From positions 1-61,770 of the forward strand of contig PIYB01000014.1 in the NCBI GenBank assembly GCA_003601835.1: a stretch of DNA of 61,770 nt, in the 5' to 3' direction. Below the pieces are notes generated by a model. The model made no database searches and was not told where the DNA came from. It saw only the letters and a list, made by a program, of their open reading frames with translations. This DNA comes from Candidatus Bathyarchaeota archaeon (GTDB lineage: Archaea; Thermoproteota; Bathyarchaeia; Bathyarchaeales; DTEX01). Shown here piece after piece: positions 46,802-55,940 of this stretch; position 1 is the stretch's first letter, and each line of letters opens with the position of its first letter. A program made the position numbers and the translations under genes.

Positions 46802-48055
46802 ATGGTTTTCCAAGAGACACTCTTTAGGGTTACGAACGAAGAACGACAGCGTAGCTTATGCTCTCAATGCCAGGGACACAGAAAACTCTGCGGTAAACCT
46901 GTGTGCCCAATACTTGCTAAGGCTGAAACCTTGATGAAGCTTGAGAAACGGCTTTCTAAGGACAAAATTTTCGGCGCTTCGCCGCCTGCGGTCTTTGTGG
47001 GTTCATGGAATTACCCGAGGGTTTTAGCGGGTCCTCTTGTTCCTCCATTGCCTTCTGTTGATTCTTCAGTCATGGACATGCCGGAACTGTGGCTTCGCAA
47101 GTCGATGGATGAGATTTTAAGGTACAGGTTTACACTTGTCAGAGGAAAACGGTTCGTCGATGTTAAGTGGGCAAGAGACCCCGACAGGATTCTTTCAACC
47201 TTCCAAGAAGTGGTCATGGCTGCCAAACCCACCGATACAGAGATGTGGTTCCACAAGAAGCCTAAACTAAACGTGGTTTTTTCATCCAGAGAACCGCCTT
47301 CCGGACCTTCCGCATCCATCAAACGGGCTTTTTTAGCTGAGAACCCAAGCGTGCCGAAGCCCGTGGAAACAGTTGTCTCAGACACTGACCTCAAGGCTGT
47401 TGAGGGCATCGTGAAGCTTTTTGACTCAGGCATCAGTCAACGCCAGATTACAAGAATGTTTTCCATAGGGTTACTTGGGACCAAAAGGCTTAAGCGACTG
47501 GTGCCAACGGAATGGAGCATCACAGCCGTCGATGACATTCTAGGAAAAAGAATCCACAAAGAAATCCTTGACTATCCATGGATAAACCAGTTCATGGTTT
47601 TCGGTCACAAGGCTTTAGGAAACAATGTGCAGATTCTGCTTTTTCCGTCTTCATGGATGTTCGAAGCTCAAGAGGTCTGGCTAACCTCGAAAAGATCCGT
47701 TCCCGGAGTTGACTACGAACTTACGTGGGGACGAAAATCCTACGCTGAAAACCTTGCCGGCGCCTACTACGCATCTAGGCTACCCGTACTGGAGTATCTG
47801 AGAAGAACCAGAAGGCAAGCAGGAGCAATCGTTTTCATGGAGGTTTATCCCGAATGGATACCCATAGGCGTCTGGAGGTTCAGAGAGCTCTGCCGGGAAG
47901 CGTTACGGAAAGAACCTTTAAGGTTTGACACGCTAGGTGAGAGTCTGGAAGCGCTTCGGAAGAGGCTTCGGCTTCCTCTAGAAAGGTGGCTGGAGAGAAG
48001 CAAGATACTTCCTTGGCACAAAACACAGAGAAGGCTGACCAGTTTCCTAGCGTAA
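46802..48055 (+). CDS. Nre family DNA repair protein with C-terminal PIP box
   Basis: 417 aa. N-terminal CSQCQGHRKLCGKPVCP zinc motif. C-terminal QRRLTSFL fits Q-x-x-L-x-x-F-L three residues from the end. Confidence 0.65.
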   Translation: MVFQETLFRVTNEERQRSLCSQCQGHRKLCGKPVCPILAKAETLMKLEKRLSKDKIFGASPPAVFVGSWNYPRVLAGPLVPPLPSVDSSVMDMPELWLRKSMDEILRYRFTLVRGKRFVDVKWARDPDRILSTFQEVVMAAKPTDTEMWFHKKPKLNVVFSSREPPSGPSASIKRAFLAENPSVPKPVETVVSDTDLKAVEGIVKLFDSGISQRQITRMFSIGLLGTKRLKRLVPTEWSITAVDDILGKRIHKEILDYPWINQFMVFGHKALGNNVQILLFPSSWMFEAQEVWLTSKRSVPGVDYELTWGRKSYAENLAGAYYASRLPVLEYLRRTRRQAGAIVFMEVYPEWIPIGVWRFRELCREALRKEPLRFDTLGESLEALRKRLRLPLERWLERSKILPWHKTQRRLTSFLA

Positions 48056-48119
48056 CATGTTTTCATCCTTATATTTGGGAACACCAACAATATTCTAGTC
48101 TACTGTAACATGGAGGTTG

Positions 48120-48401
48120 ATGAAAATCCTCGCTAAGATGCCCATAAACTTTGACAAAGTGAAACCGGAAGAACTGGACAAAGAGATACTCAGAATCGGC
48201 TTGATAGCTGAACTGGACGCCGTGAACCTTTACGAGCAGCTCGCAGCCACAACCAACGATGAGAAAATCAAAAAAGTTCTATCAGAGATCGCCCGAGAAG
48301 AGAAGACTCACGTCGGAGAGTTCCTCACAGTACTGCTGGAAAAAGACTCTGAACAAGTGAAAGAACTGGAGAAAGGCAAGGAAGAAGTCAACGAGCTATA
48401 A
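48120..48401 (+). CDS. small ferritin-like protein (EncFtn/rubrerythrin-like four-helix half)
   Basis: AELDAVNLYEQLAA and IAREEKTHVGEF are the two metal-ligand motifs (E-x-x-Y and E-E-x-x-H) of encapsulated-ferritin-like proteins. GGAGG lies 4 nt upstream of the ATG. Confidence 0.6.
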   Translation: MKILAKMPINFDKVKPEELDKEILRIGLIAELDAVNLYEQLAATTNDEKIKKVLSEIAREEKTHVGEFLTVLLEKDSEQVKELEKGKEEVNEL

Positions 48402-48529
48402 GCTGAAGTCTTCGCAGAACCCTTGCCGCGCGGACCTGTGCAGACAGCGACCGGGCTAAGCTGCGTCCTCCGGTCGTTAAACCGTCCTAGGTAACCTCTT
48501 AAATACGAGTGACCGTGGAGAGCACACGT

Positions 48530-48832
48530 ATGAAACAGAACCGGAAAACACACATATGCCGAGAAGAAGTAGAACACGTCGCTTGGCTAGCACACATAAA
48601 GCTCACTGAAGAAGAGAAGAATCTTTTCACGGAACAGTTCAGCCGGATTCTTGACTATTTCAAGAAGATTGACGAGGCTGACACGGATGGTGTGCCCCCG
48701 ACTTATCACGTTCTCGACTTGGTTAACATCTTCCGCGAAGACAAAAGCGGAAAATCTTTGCCGAAAAAAGAAGTTTTAAAGAACGCTCCCAGACAGGAGG
48801 ACGGCTTCTTTAAGTCACCTAGAATAGTCTAG
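48530..48832 (+). CDS. gatC: Asp/Glu-tRNA amidotransferase subunit C
   Basis: EEVEHVAWLAHIKLTEEEKNLFTEQFSRILDYFKKIDEADTDGVPP is the GatC signature. Start set at ATG 48530. Confidence 0.8.
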   Translation: MKQNRKTHICREEVEHVAWLAHIKLTEEEKNLFTEQFSRILDYFKKIDEADTDGVPPTYHVLDLVNIFREDKSGKSLPKKEVLKNAPRQEDGFFKSPRIV

Positions 48833-48836
48833 AAAA

Positions 48837-50321
48837 TTGACGGACAGGAGGACCCCTTTGCCCAAGCCTTACGAGATATCTGCGGAAGAAGCTGCAGTCA
48901 AAATCAGAACCCAAGAACTGACAGCCGAGGAGTACGTAGCCTCAGTTTTTAACAGAATCACACAAATAGAAAAAAGGATCAACGCCTTCATCACCTTGAC
49001 AAAACAGACAGCACTACAAACGGCAAGACAGATAGATGAAAAAATCCGTAAAGGCGAAAAACTAGGGTGTCTCGCAGGCATCCCGATAGCCGTAAAAGAC
49101 AACATCTGCACACGTGGGGTTCGCACCACATGCTCGTCACGTATGCTTAAAGATTTTGTCCCGCCTTACGATGCGACGGTAATCGAGAAACTCATCAACC
49201 AAGACGCAGTTATCATCGGAAAAACAAACATGGACGAGTTCGCCATGGGAACAACCACGGAAACCAGCTACTTCGGCGCAACACACAACCCTTGGAACCT
49301 GAAGAAGGTCCCAGGCGGCTCTTCAGGAGGAAGCGCAGCTGCAGTAACAGCTGAAGAAACCCCGCTAGCCTTAGGTTCCGACACAGGCGGCTCAGTAAGA
49401 TGCCCAGCTAGCTACTGCTCCACAGTCGGTCTCAAGCCTACTTACGGGCTTGTCAGCCGTTACGGTCTCATATCTTACGCGAACAGCTTGGAACAGATAG
49501 GTCCCTTAGCTAGGAACGTTTATGACTGCGCATTGCTGCTTTCCGTCATAAGCGGGCACGACGCTAGAGACAGCACATCCGTGAACATGCCTCCCAGCGA
49601 CTACACAGCCTTCCTGAAAAACGACGTGAAAGGACTGAAAATAGGCGTACCACAAGAATTTTTAGGCGAAGGAGTTGAGGACGCCGTTAGGAAGGCAGTT
49701 TGGGACGCTGTGAACCTGCTTGAAACCCTAGGCGCCGAATACGAGGAGGTCACAGTTCCAACCATGAGACACGCTTTGCCTGCATACTATATCGTTGCCA
49801 TGTCAGAGGCTAGTTCCAACCTCGCTCGTTACGACGGTCTGCGCTATGGCTTCCGCGTTAAAAAAGACGACGGAGACTGGTCAACAATCTACGCTGAGGA
49901 TAGAAGAGCCGGGTTCGGAACCGAGGTGAGAAGACGGATAATCCTCGGCACGTACGCTTTGTCCGCCGGCTACTACGATGAGTATTATTTGAAGGCGCTT
50001 CGGGTTAGAACGCTCATACGTAGAGACTTCGAGAAAGCCTTGAAAAAATGCGATGTGCTCGTTGGACCCACGATGCCCATTTTACCTTTCAACCTAGGCG
50101 AAAAAATCGACGACCCGCTTGCTCTTTACATGTGCGACGTGCTGACGGTTCCCGCAAACCTCACAGGTTATCCAGCAGCATCAATCCCCTGCGGCTTCAA
50201 GAACGGATTACCCATTGGACTGCAGATAATAGGCAAACCCTTCGACGAAGGCACAATCCTCCGCGTAGCATACACATTTGAGAGAAACACAGATTTTCAC
50301 AAACGGAGACCGATCCTCTAG
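48837..50321 (+). CDS. gatA: Asp/Glu-tRNA amidotransferase subunit A (amidase signature)
   Basis: 494 aa. GIPIAVKDNI and the amidase signature GGSSGGSAAAVTA...GSDTGGSVRCPAS. TTG start 4 nt after gatC. No gatB adjacent. Confidence 0.9.
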   Translation: MTDRRTPLPKPYEISAEEAAVKIRTQELTAEEYVASVFNRITQIEKRINAFITLTKQTALQTARQIDEKIRKGEKLGCLAGIPIAVKDNICTRGVRTTCSSRMLKDFVPPYDATVIEKLINQDAVIIGKTNMDEFAMGTTTETSYFGATHNPWNLKKVPGGSSGGSAAAVTAEETPLALGSDTGGSVRCPASYCSTVGLKPTYGLVSRYGLISYANSLEQIGPLARNVYDCALLLSVISGHDARDSTSVNMPPSDYTAFLKNDVKGLKIGVPQEFLGEGVEDAVRKAVWDAVNLLETLGAEYEEVTVPTMRHALPAYYIVAMSEASSNLARYDGLRYGFRVKKDDGDWSTIYAEDRRAGFGTEVRRRIILGTYALSAGYYDEYYLKALRVRTLIRRDFEKALKKCDVLVGPTMPILPFNLGEKIDDPLALYMCDVLTVPANLTGYPAASIPCGFKNGLPIGLQIIGKPFDEGTILRVAYTFERNTDFHKRRPIL

Positions 50322-50372
50322 TCTGACGGATAGCTTGCACCGTCGCTTTTTTCTGTGTCCTGCTTCTGAAAC

Positions 50373-50867
50373 GTGGATAAAACTCTTAAAGGAGAAGGAG
50401 CTGCTGATATTCCGTTCGGGGTGTCGCAGGTTTTGAACGGAAACAAGTCCAATTCTCCACGGAACTACATCCTGAGAATCACACGTGAAGAATGGTTCAG
50501 ACAGGTTTTCTCGATCAAAAAATATTTTCCAGGGGTTCCTAGAAGATGGGAACCCGGAGGCGTGATCCTTCTCGTTCGTAAAGCTGAAAAAGGAGACTCC
50601 TTCGTCGGTTACGGCGTGCTAGGCGAGTTTGTTAAAAAGGATGATCTGCCGGAGGATAAGAAGCAAGAATGTGAAAAAATGGGCTGGAAAGGCGTCTTAG
50701 TCTTCAACAAGCTTTACAGGTTTGAACCACCTCTTCCGATCAAAGAAACTGTTCTCAGCGGCTTGAAAGCCAGAGGAAGATGTCTACATGGCTACCCTCT
50801 GACAGAAGACCAAGTTAACTCAATTTTGAGAACGGCGAAAGAGAAAACTGTCCTTCAAGAGGTTTAA
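50373..50867 (+). CDS. hypothetical protein (possible PUA/ASCH/EVE-like beta-barrel)
   Basis: 164 aa. The pattern GGVILLVRKAEKGDSFVGYGVLGEF...KGVLVFNKLYRFEPPLPIKE resembles PUA-like folds. No motif-level assignment is possible. Confidence 0.3.
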   Translation: MDKTLKGEGAADIPFGVSQVLNGNKSNSPRNYILRITREEWFRQVFSIKKYFPGVPRRWEPGGVILLVRKAEKGDSFVGYGVLGEFVKKDDLPEDKKQECEKMGWKGVLVFNKLYRFEPPLPIKETVLSGLKARGRCLHGYPLTEDQVNSILRTAKEKTVLQEV

Positions 50868-51112
50868 CAGACGAAACCCCCGCAAAAGTCGATGTAACTG
50901 ACCGGTTCCAGCCTCGATTCACGGTGCTAAGCATACAGTACGCGAGAACAGCAGTCAGCCTGATGCATCCGGCGGCTTCTCCGCTGCGTGTGGTTTGCTT
51001 CGCTCATGTTTATATCTGCGAGTTGACACTTTTAAGGTGAACATACGAACAGAAAAGAGGAGAACAGTTAGCATTGGATTATCCGTTAGAAGATAAAAAA
51101 GGAAGAAAAAGG

Positions 51113-51928
51113 ATGCTTGTTGTTGTTCCGTTGATCATCCTACTGGTAGGCTCATTGCTGGTGCTTTCCCAAGGCATAGTGATCGTCCCATCAGGCATGA
51201 GAGGCATAGTCCTCACATGGGGCTCCGTGACCAACGTCCTAGGAGAAGGCCTGCATTTCGTAACTCCGCTTGTGCAACAGGTGGTTTTCATGGATGTCAC
51301 GATACAAAAAGTCGAAACTTCAGAGTCAACAGCCTCTAAAGACTTGCAGGAGGTCACCACAACCATCGCTGTTAACTATCGAGTAATACCTGATCGTGCT
51401 GGAGACGTTTACAGAATTCTTCGAAAGGAGTACGAGTACCGTGTGATACGACCTAACATTGAGGAAAGCATCAAGGCGACCACAGCCTTGTTCGAGGCTG
51501 AGGAGCTCATCACCAAGAGGGAAACCGTCAAAGCCAAATTCAAAGAGATTCTTTCACAAAGACTGGCTCAGTATCACATCGAGGTTCTAGCGACCTCCAT
51601 CGTGGATTTCCAGTTTTCCCCAGAGTTTTCCAAGGCAATCGAAGCTAAAGTAACCGCTCAGCAAAGAGCGTTGGAAGCCAAGAACAAGCTTGAACAGATC
51701 AGGTATGAGGCTCAACAGAAGGTGATCCAGGCGGAGGCTGAGGCGAATGCGACCATCGCAAGAGCGAAGGCTCAGGCTGAGGCGGTACGCCTAATAAGGG
51801 AATCTTTAACCGCGGATTATCTGACTTACATCGCTATCGAGAAATGGAACGGGGTTTTGCCGTACTTCTTCGGTGGAGAAACTTTGCCGTTCATACAGAT
51901 ACCTACAAACAGCACAAGCAACCCGTAA
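51113..51928 (+). CDS. SPFH/band-7 (prohibitin-like) membrane protein
   Basis: N-terminal TM LVVVPLIILLVGSLLVL, an SPFH core (IVPSGMRGIVLTWG, DLQEVTTTIAVNYRV), and a C-terminal Ala/Glu-rich coiled coil. The track's TTG at 51074 is an alternative start. Confidence 0.8.
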   Translation: MLVVVPLIILLVGSLLVLSQGIVIVPSGMRGIVLTWGSVTNVLGEGLHFVTPLVQQVVFMDVTIQKVETSESTASKDLQEVTTTIAVNYRVIPDRAGDVYRILRKEYEYRVIRPNIEESIKATTALFEAEELITKRETVKAKFKEILSQRLAQYHIEVLATSIVDFQFSPEFSKAIEAKVTAQQRALEAKNKLEQIRYEAQQKVIQAEAEANATIARAKAQAEAVRLIRESLTADYLTYIAIEKWNGVLPYFFGGETLPFIQIPTNSTSNP

Positions 51929-52011
51929 ATGAGAGGCTTCCTTGCCCTCTCCCGTTTTTATGTACGAACTTTACGAGTTAAACTGTGGATTCCCGGAGTT
52001 TTTTTGTGGAT

Positions 52012-52701
52012 TCAGCTTACCCGTATAGTCTTTCCTGTTCTGGATGATTCGTAAAGGGCGTTCAGTATGGCTACGGATTTTCGTCCTTCTTTTTCGTCTA
52101 CCATGGGCTGGGTGTCTTTTGTTATGGCTAGAACCATGTCCTCAATGATGTTCTTGGGACGGTTTGGGTCCAGTTTAAACTCGTCCAGCGACGGTTCAGG
52201 GTTATTCTTCAGTTTGTAAACATTGATCTTTCCGTCTTTCCACACGATTGTTCCGTTGCTTCCCGTCATCTCGATCAAGGAGCCGAGGCTTGGATAGCTC
52301 GCGGTCGTTGTGACAATGGACCCCCACGCTCCGTTCTCATAGGTCAAAAGCGCCACGCTTAGGTCCTCCGTCTCGATCTCATGCGCGAAGGTTCAAGACA
52401 TACCGTAGACAGTTTTCACAGGTCCCATCTACCACTGAAGCAGGTCAATAAAGTGCACAGCTTGATTTGCAGCTGAGCCGCCTTCGGTGATCGTTCTCTT
52501 CCGCCATCCCGGAGGATAACCGCCGTCATAGTATTCCTGGGTTCGATACCATTTCATTCTCATGTCGCCTAGAATCATCTTACCTAAACGTCCGTTGTCG
52601 AGGGCTAGCTTCACCTTCTGGTTTACATCAACATATCGTTCCCCAAAATCAACCGCGAATACGACGCCTGCCTTCTTCACAGCCTCGATAGCAGCACACA
52701 C
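52012..52701 (-). pseudogene. Gfo/Idh/MocA oxidoreductase remnant: 5'-truncated with two in-frame stops
   Basis: One continuous frame reads ...AANQAVHFIDLLQW*MGPVKTVYGMS*TFAHEIETEDLSVALLTYENGAWGS.... TAG at 52429-52431 and TGA at 52393-52395, both on the complement. The Rossmann and EKP part is absent because the neighbouring gene ends at 52762. Confidence 0.7.
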
Positions 52702-52761
52702 TTCTCAACCCGATGTTCGCCTTGTAGATTATCTTGGCGAGAATTCAATTATGAGTTTCGA

Positions 52762-53325
52762 TTAGCTACCGGTTTTAGAGGCTAATGACGGCATCCTCCG
52801 GAGTAACGCTTCGTAAACAATGTAGCCGCCGAACATGGTTAAAAATCCTTGAAAAACGTTAAACGCTGCTACCAAGGGGCTTATTTTAAGAACAAAATCA
52901 AACGACACGTTTGTGTACAACGGGAGAATCACAAGGTTTGCCGCGGTCATGACTAGAACCCGGAAAACGCAGCCGGATACGAAGGAAACAAGCTTCGCGA
53001 ACGTCGGAAATTTTTTGAGCAGGATTATGCTTAGACTCATTCCTAGGATTGTTGAGAACTCCGCTAGGGCTTTCATTGATGCCCCAACCATGTCCCCGCT
53101 TCGAACCAGTATCGCGAGGAAAGCCACAGCTGAAGTTACGGCTCCAGGTCCAAATCCTATCAAAAGCAACGATAACACAATCGGGATGCCCGTGAAATCA
53201 AATTTGAGGAAAGGCAGCCAAGGAAACGGTATTTTTAAGCCTGAGAACTTCATCGTGTAATCAAAAATCACAACTAGGGCACCCAGCATCGCAATACGAG
53301 CCAGAACAGTGGTGCTTAGCTTCAT
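52762..53325 (-). CDS. polytopic membrane protein, ECF-transporter S-component-like
   Basis: 187 aa with about 6 hydrophobic helices. N-terminal LARIAMLGALVVIFDY resembles S components. A TATA-like ATCTTAAATAG lies about 35 nt upstream. Confidence 0.45.
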   Translation of the reverse strand: MKLSTTVLARIAMLGALVVIFDYTMKFSGLKIPFPWLPFLKFDFTGIPIVLSLLLIGFGPGAVTSAVAFLAILVRSGDMVGASMKALAEFSTILGMSLSIILLKKFPTFAKLVSFVSGCVFRVLVMTAANLVILPLYTNVSFDFVLKISPLVAAFNVFQGFLTMFGGYIVYEALLRRMPSLASKTGS

Positions 53326-53674
53326 GTCCGGTTCTGTTAGATTCTACAGGTTCATCTATTTAAGATATCGACCAACAAATGAGTAAGAGAAGAGACAACC
53401 ATGAGCGCTCTAAACCTGCATCAACATCAAAACATCCATTTCTGTACCCAGAACTGGTCTTAAGACGGTTACACCAAGCTTATGTCTCTGCTACGCTTTC
53501 TTTTTCAAGTAGGGAATGAAGAAATCGTTTCTTGTTAAAGGTCAGAGGATAACACTTGGAATGTAAACACGCGAAGCTGCCAAGAACGGTGCAATTGTTT
53601 CGTCTTCATTCCCGGTTTTCTTTTTTTTTGGGTTTGCGGACTCAGCGAACATTCTTGCCTGTGAAAAAGGCATC

Positions 53675-54286
53675 CTATAATCCTAGGTCTTGGGCTGCTG
53701 TTTGGATTCCTTTCAAGGCTATCTCGAAGAAGGTTTCTTTCGGCACCCCGATTTCCTCGCACAGAAGTATCCTTTTTCTGTCAGCTCCCCTAGCGAAATC
53801 CTTATCCTTAAACTTTTTCTTAACAGTTTTCAGCTTCACATCTTTAGCCTTCTTGGAAGGCATAACCAACGCGCAGGCAACTATCAACCCGGATATGGCG
53901 TCAGAAGCTATAAGCCCCTTCTCCAAGAGCGTCTCAGGTTTCACGCCGGTATTCTCGTAGTTGTGAGCCAAAATTGCCCTTAAAACCTCCTGCGGCACCT
54001 TTCCGTTCAGAATTTCCTGAGCCAAAACTCCGTGCTTCTCAAAGTTTTTCGCCGTTTTCTCGTAGTCAACATCATGAACCAGCCCAGCTAAACCCCAAAT
54101 CTCCTCGTCTTCGCCAAGATATTTTGCTAGAGCTTTCATGATAGCTTCCACCGCAACCATGTGGCGGAAGATGTTTCTGTTGCTGACGTTTGCCTTTATC
54201 AGCTTAACTGCTTCTTCACGATTCAAGGCGGACCCCTTGCATATCAACCATTTACATTTAGGATAGACTGTTACGCATCTCCGCAT
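53675..54286 (-). CDS. HD/HDIG domain metal-dependent phosphohydrolase
   Basis: HMVAVEAIMKALA ... GLVHDVDYE (H...HD motif). Start set at ATG 54286, but the family N-terminus suggests an even later start near LNREEAV. Confidence 0.7.
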   Translation of the reverse strand: MRRCVTVYPKCKWLICKGSALNREEAVKLIKANVSNRNIFRHMVAVEAIMKALAKYLGEDEEIWGLAGLVHDVDYEKTAKNFEKHGVLAQEILNGKVPQEVLRAILAHNYENTGVKPETLLEKGLIASDAISGLIVACALVMPSKKAKDVKLKTVKKKFKDKDFARGADRKRILLCEEIGVPKETFFEIALKGIQTAAQDLGL

Positions 54287-54460
54287 ATTTATCTTTACTT
54301 CGCTATCTTCATCAACCCGCAAGAACCATGAAGAAAAACAAAGCTTAATATGCAACAAATCTTATGGAATGGGCTAGAATCGAACTTTAATGTTCGCTCT
54401 GAGAACCAAGCCGCTAAACATATCTTGGAGGAATAAAACACGGGCGCCAACCCCGATCTC

Positions 54461-55351
54461 GTGAAGAAAATTCTGAAGCTGAAAAAAGAAAAAAACGCGA
54501 TTATCCTTGCACACAACTATCAACGCCCCGAAATCCAAGATATAGCTGACTACCTCGGCGACAGCCTAGGACTTTCCCTCCACGCATCAGAAACAGATGC
54601 AAAAATAATAGTGTTCTGCGGCGTCACCTTCATGGCTGAAACCGCCGCCCTCCTCAACCCGGACAAGACGGTCCTGATTCCTGACCGCAACGCGCTCTGT
54701 CCTTTGGCAGGGATGCTACCAGCTGAGCTGGCTAGGATGTACCGCGAGAAACATCCTGAAGCAAACATGGTTCTATATGTCAACACATTAGCTGAGGCGA
54801 AAGCCGAATGCGACGCTGTGTGCACCTCCGCGAACTCGGTTGAAACCGTGAACCGGATGAAATCAGACACCGTTCTTTTCGGACCTGACGCAAACCTCGC
54901 CAAGTACACCGAGAAGTTCACGGCGAAACATCTTATTCCGGTGCCCCGTTCAGGTTTCTGTCCTGTTCACAAACTGTTCAGTAAGGATGATGTGTTAGAG
55001 CTGAAGAAACGTTATCCTGAAGCTGAGGTGCTGGTTCACCCCGAATGTGACCCCGAGGTCTGCGACATAGCTGATCTTGTTGGGAGCACCGCGAAGATGT
55101 CTGACTGGGTGAAAAAATCGAACGCTGACAAATTCATAGTAGCAACCGAGATAGGGATGCTTCACCGGTTGAAAAAGGACAGGGAAGACGCTGTTTATAT
55201 CCCCGCATACAATCAAGCTGTATGCGTCAACATGAAGATGCATACTCTGGAGAAGCTCTATCTTTCGCTTAAGAAAGAAAGGTACGTGGTCAACGTTCGC
55301 CCCGACATAGCGACTGCAGCAAGAAAAGCCGTCGATTTCGTGTTGAAATGA
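54461..55351 (+). CDS. nadA: quinolinate synthase NadA
   Basis: 296 aa. ILAHNYQRPEIQDIADYLGDSLGLS, FCGVTFMAETA, CPVHK, VHPEC. GTG start. Confidence 0.9.
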   Translation: MKKILKLKKEKNAIILAHNYQRPEIQDIADYLGDSLGLSLHASETDAKIIVFCGVTFMAETAALLNPDKTVLIPDRNALCPLAGMLPAELARMYREKHPEANMVLYVNTLAEAKAECDAVCTSANSVETVNRMKSDTVLFGPDANLAKYTEKFTAKHLIPVPRSGFCPVHKLFSKDDVLELKKRYPEAEVLVHPECDPEVCDIADLVGSTAKMSDWVKKSNADKFIVATEIGMLHRLKKDREDAVYIPAYNQAVCVNMKMHTLEKLYLSLKKERYVVNVRPDIATAARKAVDFVLK

Positions 55352-55444
55352 AAAGAAACCTCGGAACAGGCTGAAGGTTTCTGCTGAAACTTGGCGAGTT
55401 AACAATTTAACAAGAAAAGAAGAAAATAAGAGGAAGCACGAAAA

Positions 55445-55868
55445 ATGAAGGCTAGAAAGGTTCCGCTTGAAGAGTTGATGTCAACCTGCGACGTTGTCAC
55501 TCTTTGCACTGCGAATGTTCCCCGAAAACCGACGTATGATAAACCGTAGGATGCTTTCGCTCTTAAAGGATGGCTCCGTCTTCATTAACACTTCACGTGG
55601 AGCACTGGTGGACGAGGATGCATTAATCGAGGAGCTGCGCACAGGCCGGGTAACAGCGGTTCTCGACGTTTTCCAGCATGAACCGCCGTCGAAGGGCAGC
55701 CCATTCTATGATCTTCCAAACTGCATCATCGCGCCACACATTGCCGGAAGCATAAACGAAGAATGCAAAAGACTAGGCCGCCAAGCGTTGAAGGAGCTTA
55801 AGCATTACTTGACTGGCGAACCGTTTGAAAACGAGGTTACGCAGGATATGCTTGACAAGATAGCCTAA
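55445..55868 (+). pseudogene. D-isomer-specific 2-hydroxyacid dehydrogenase remnant: N-terminally truncated with a +1 shift in a C4 run
   Basis: The frame from ATG 55445 gives KVPLEELMSTCDVVTLCTANVP. After the CCCC run at 55520-55523 the next frame gives ENRRMINRRMLSLLKDGSVFINTSRGALVDEDAL...APHIAGS. The GxGxxG and substrate domain are absent upstream. Confidence 0.65.
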
Positions 55869-55940
55869 AAAAGGCGCATTTTCCTGAGAACCCAGAATAT
55901 GGAGGTTTACCAAAAAGGTTAGGTTTGGTGTTTCTTGACG

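Noticed and set aside
52393-52431. In-frame TGA and TAG as possible selenocysteine/pyrrolysine recoding.
   Set aside because: The gene also lacks its whole N-terminal domain. The stops are not at positions of catalytic Cys or Lys, and no Sec or Pyl machinery or structured element is evident. Pseudogenisation is the simpler explanation.
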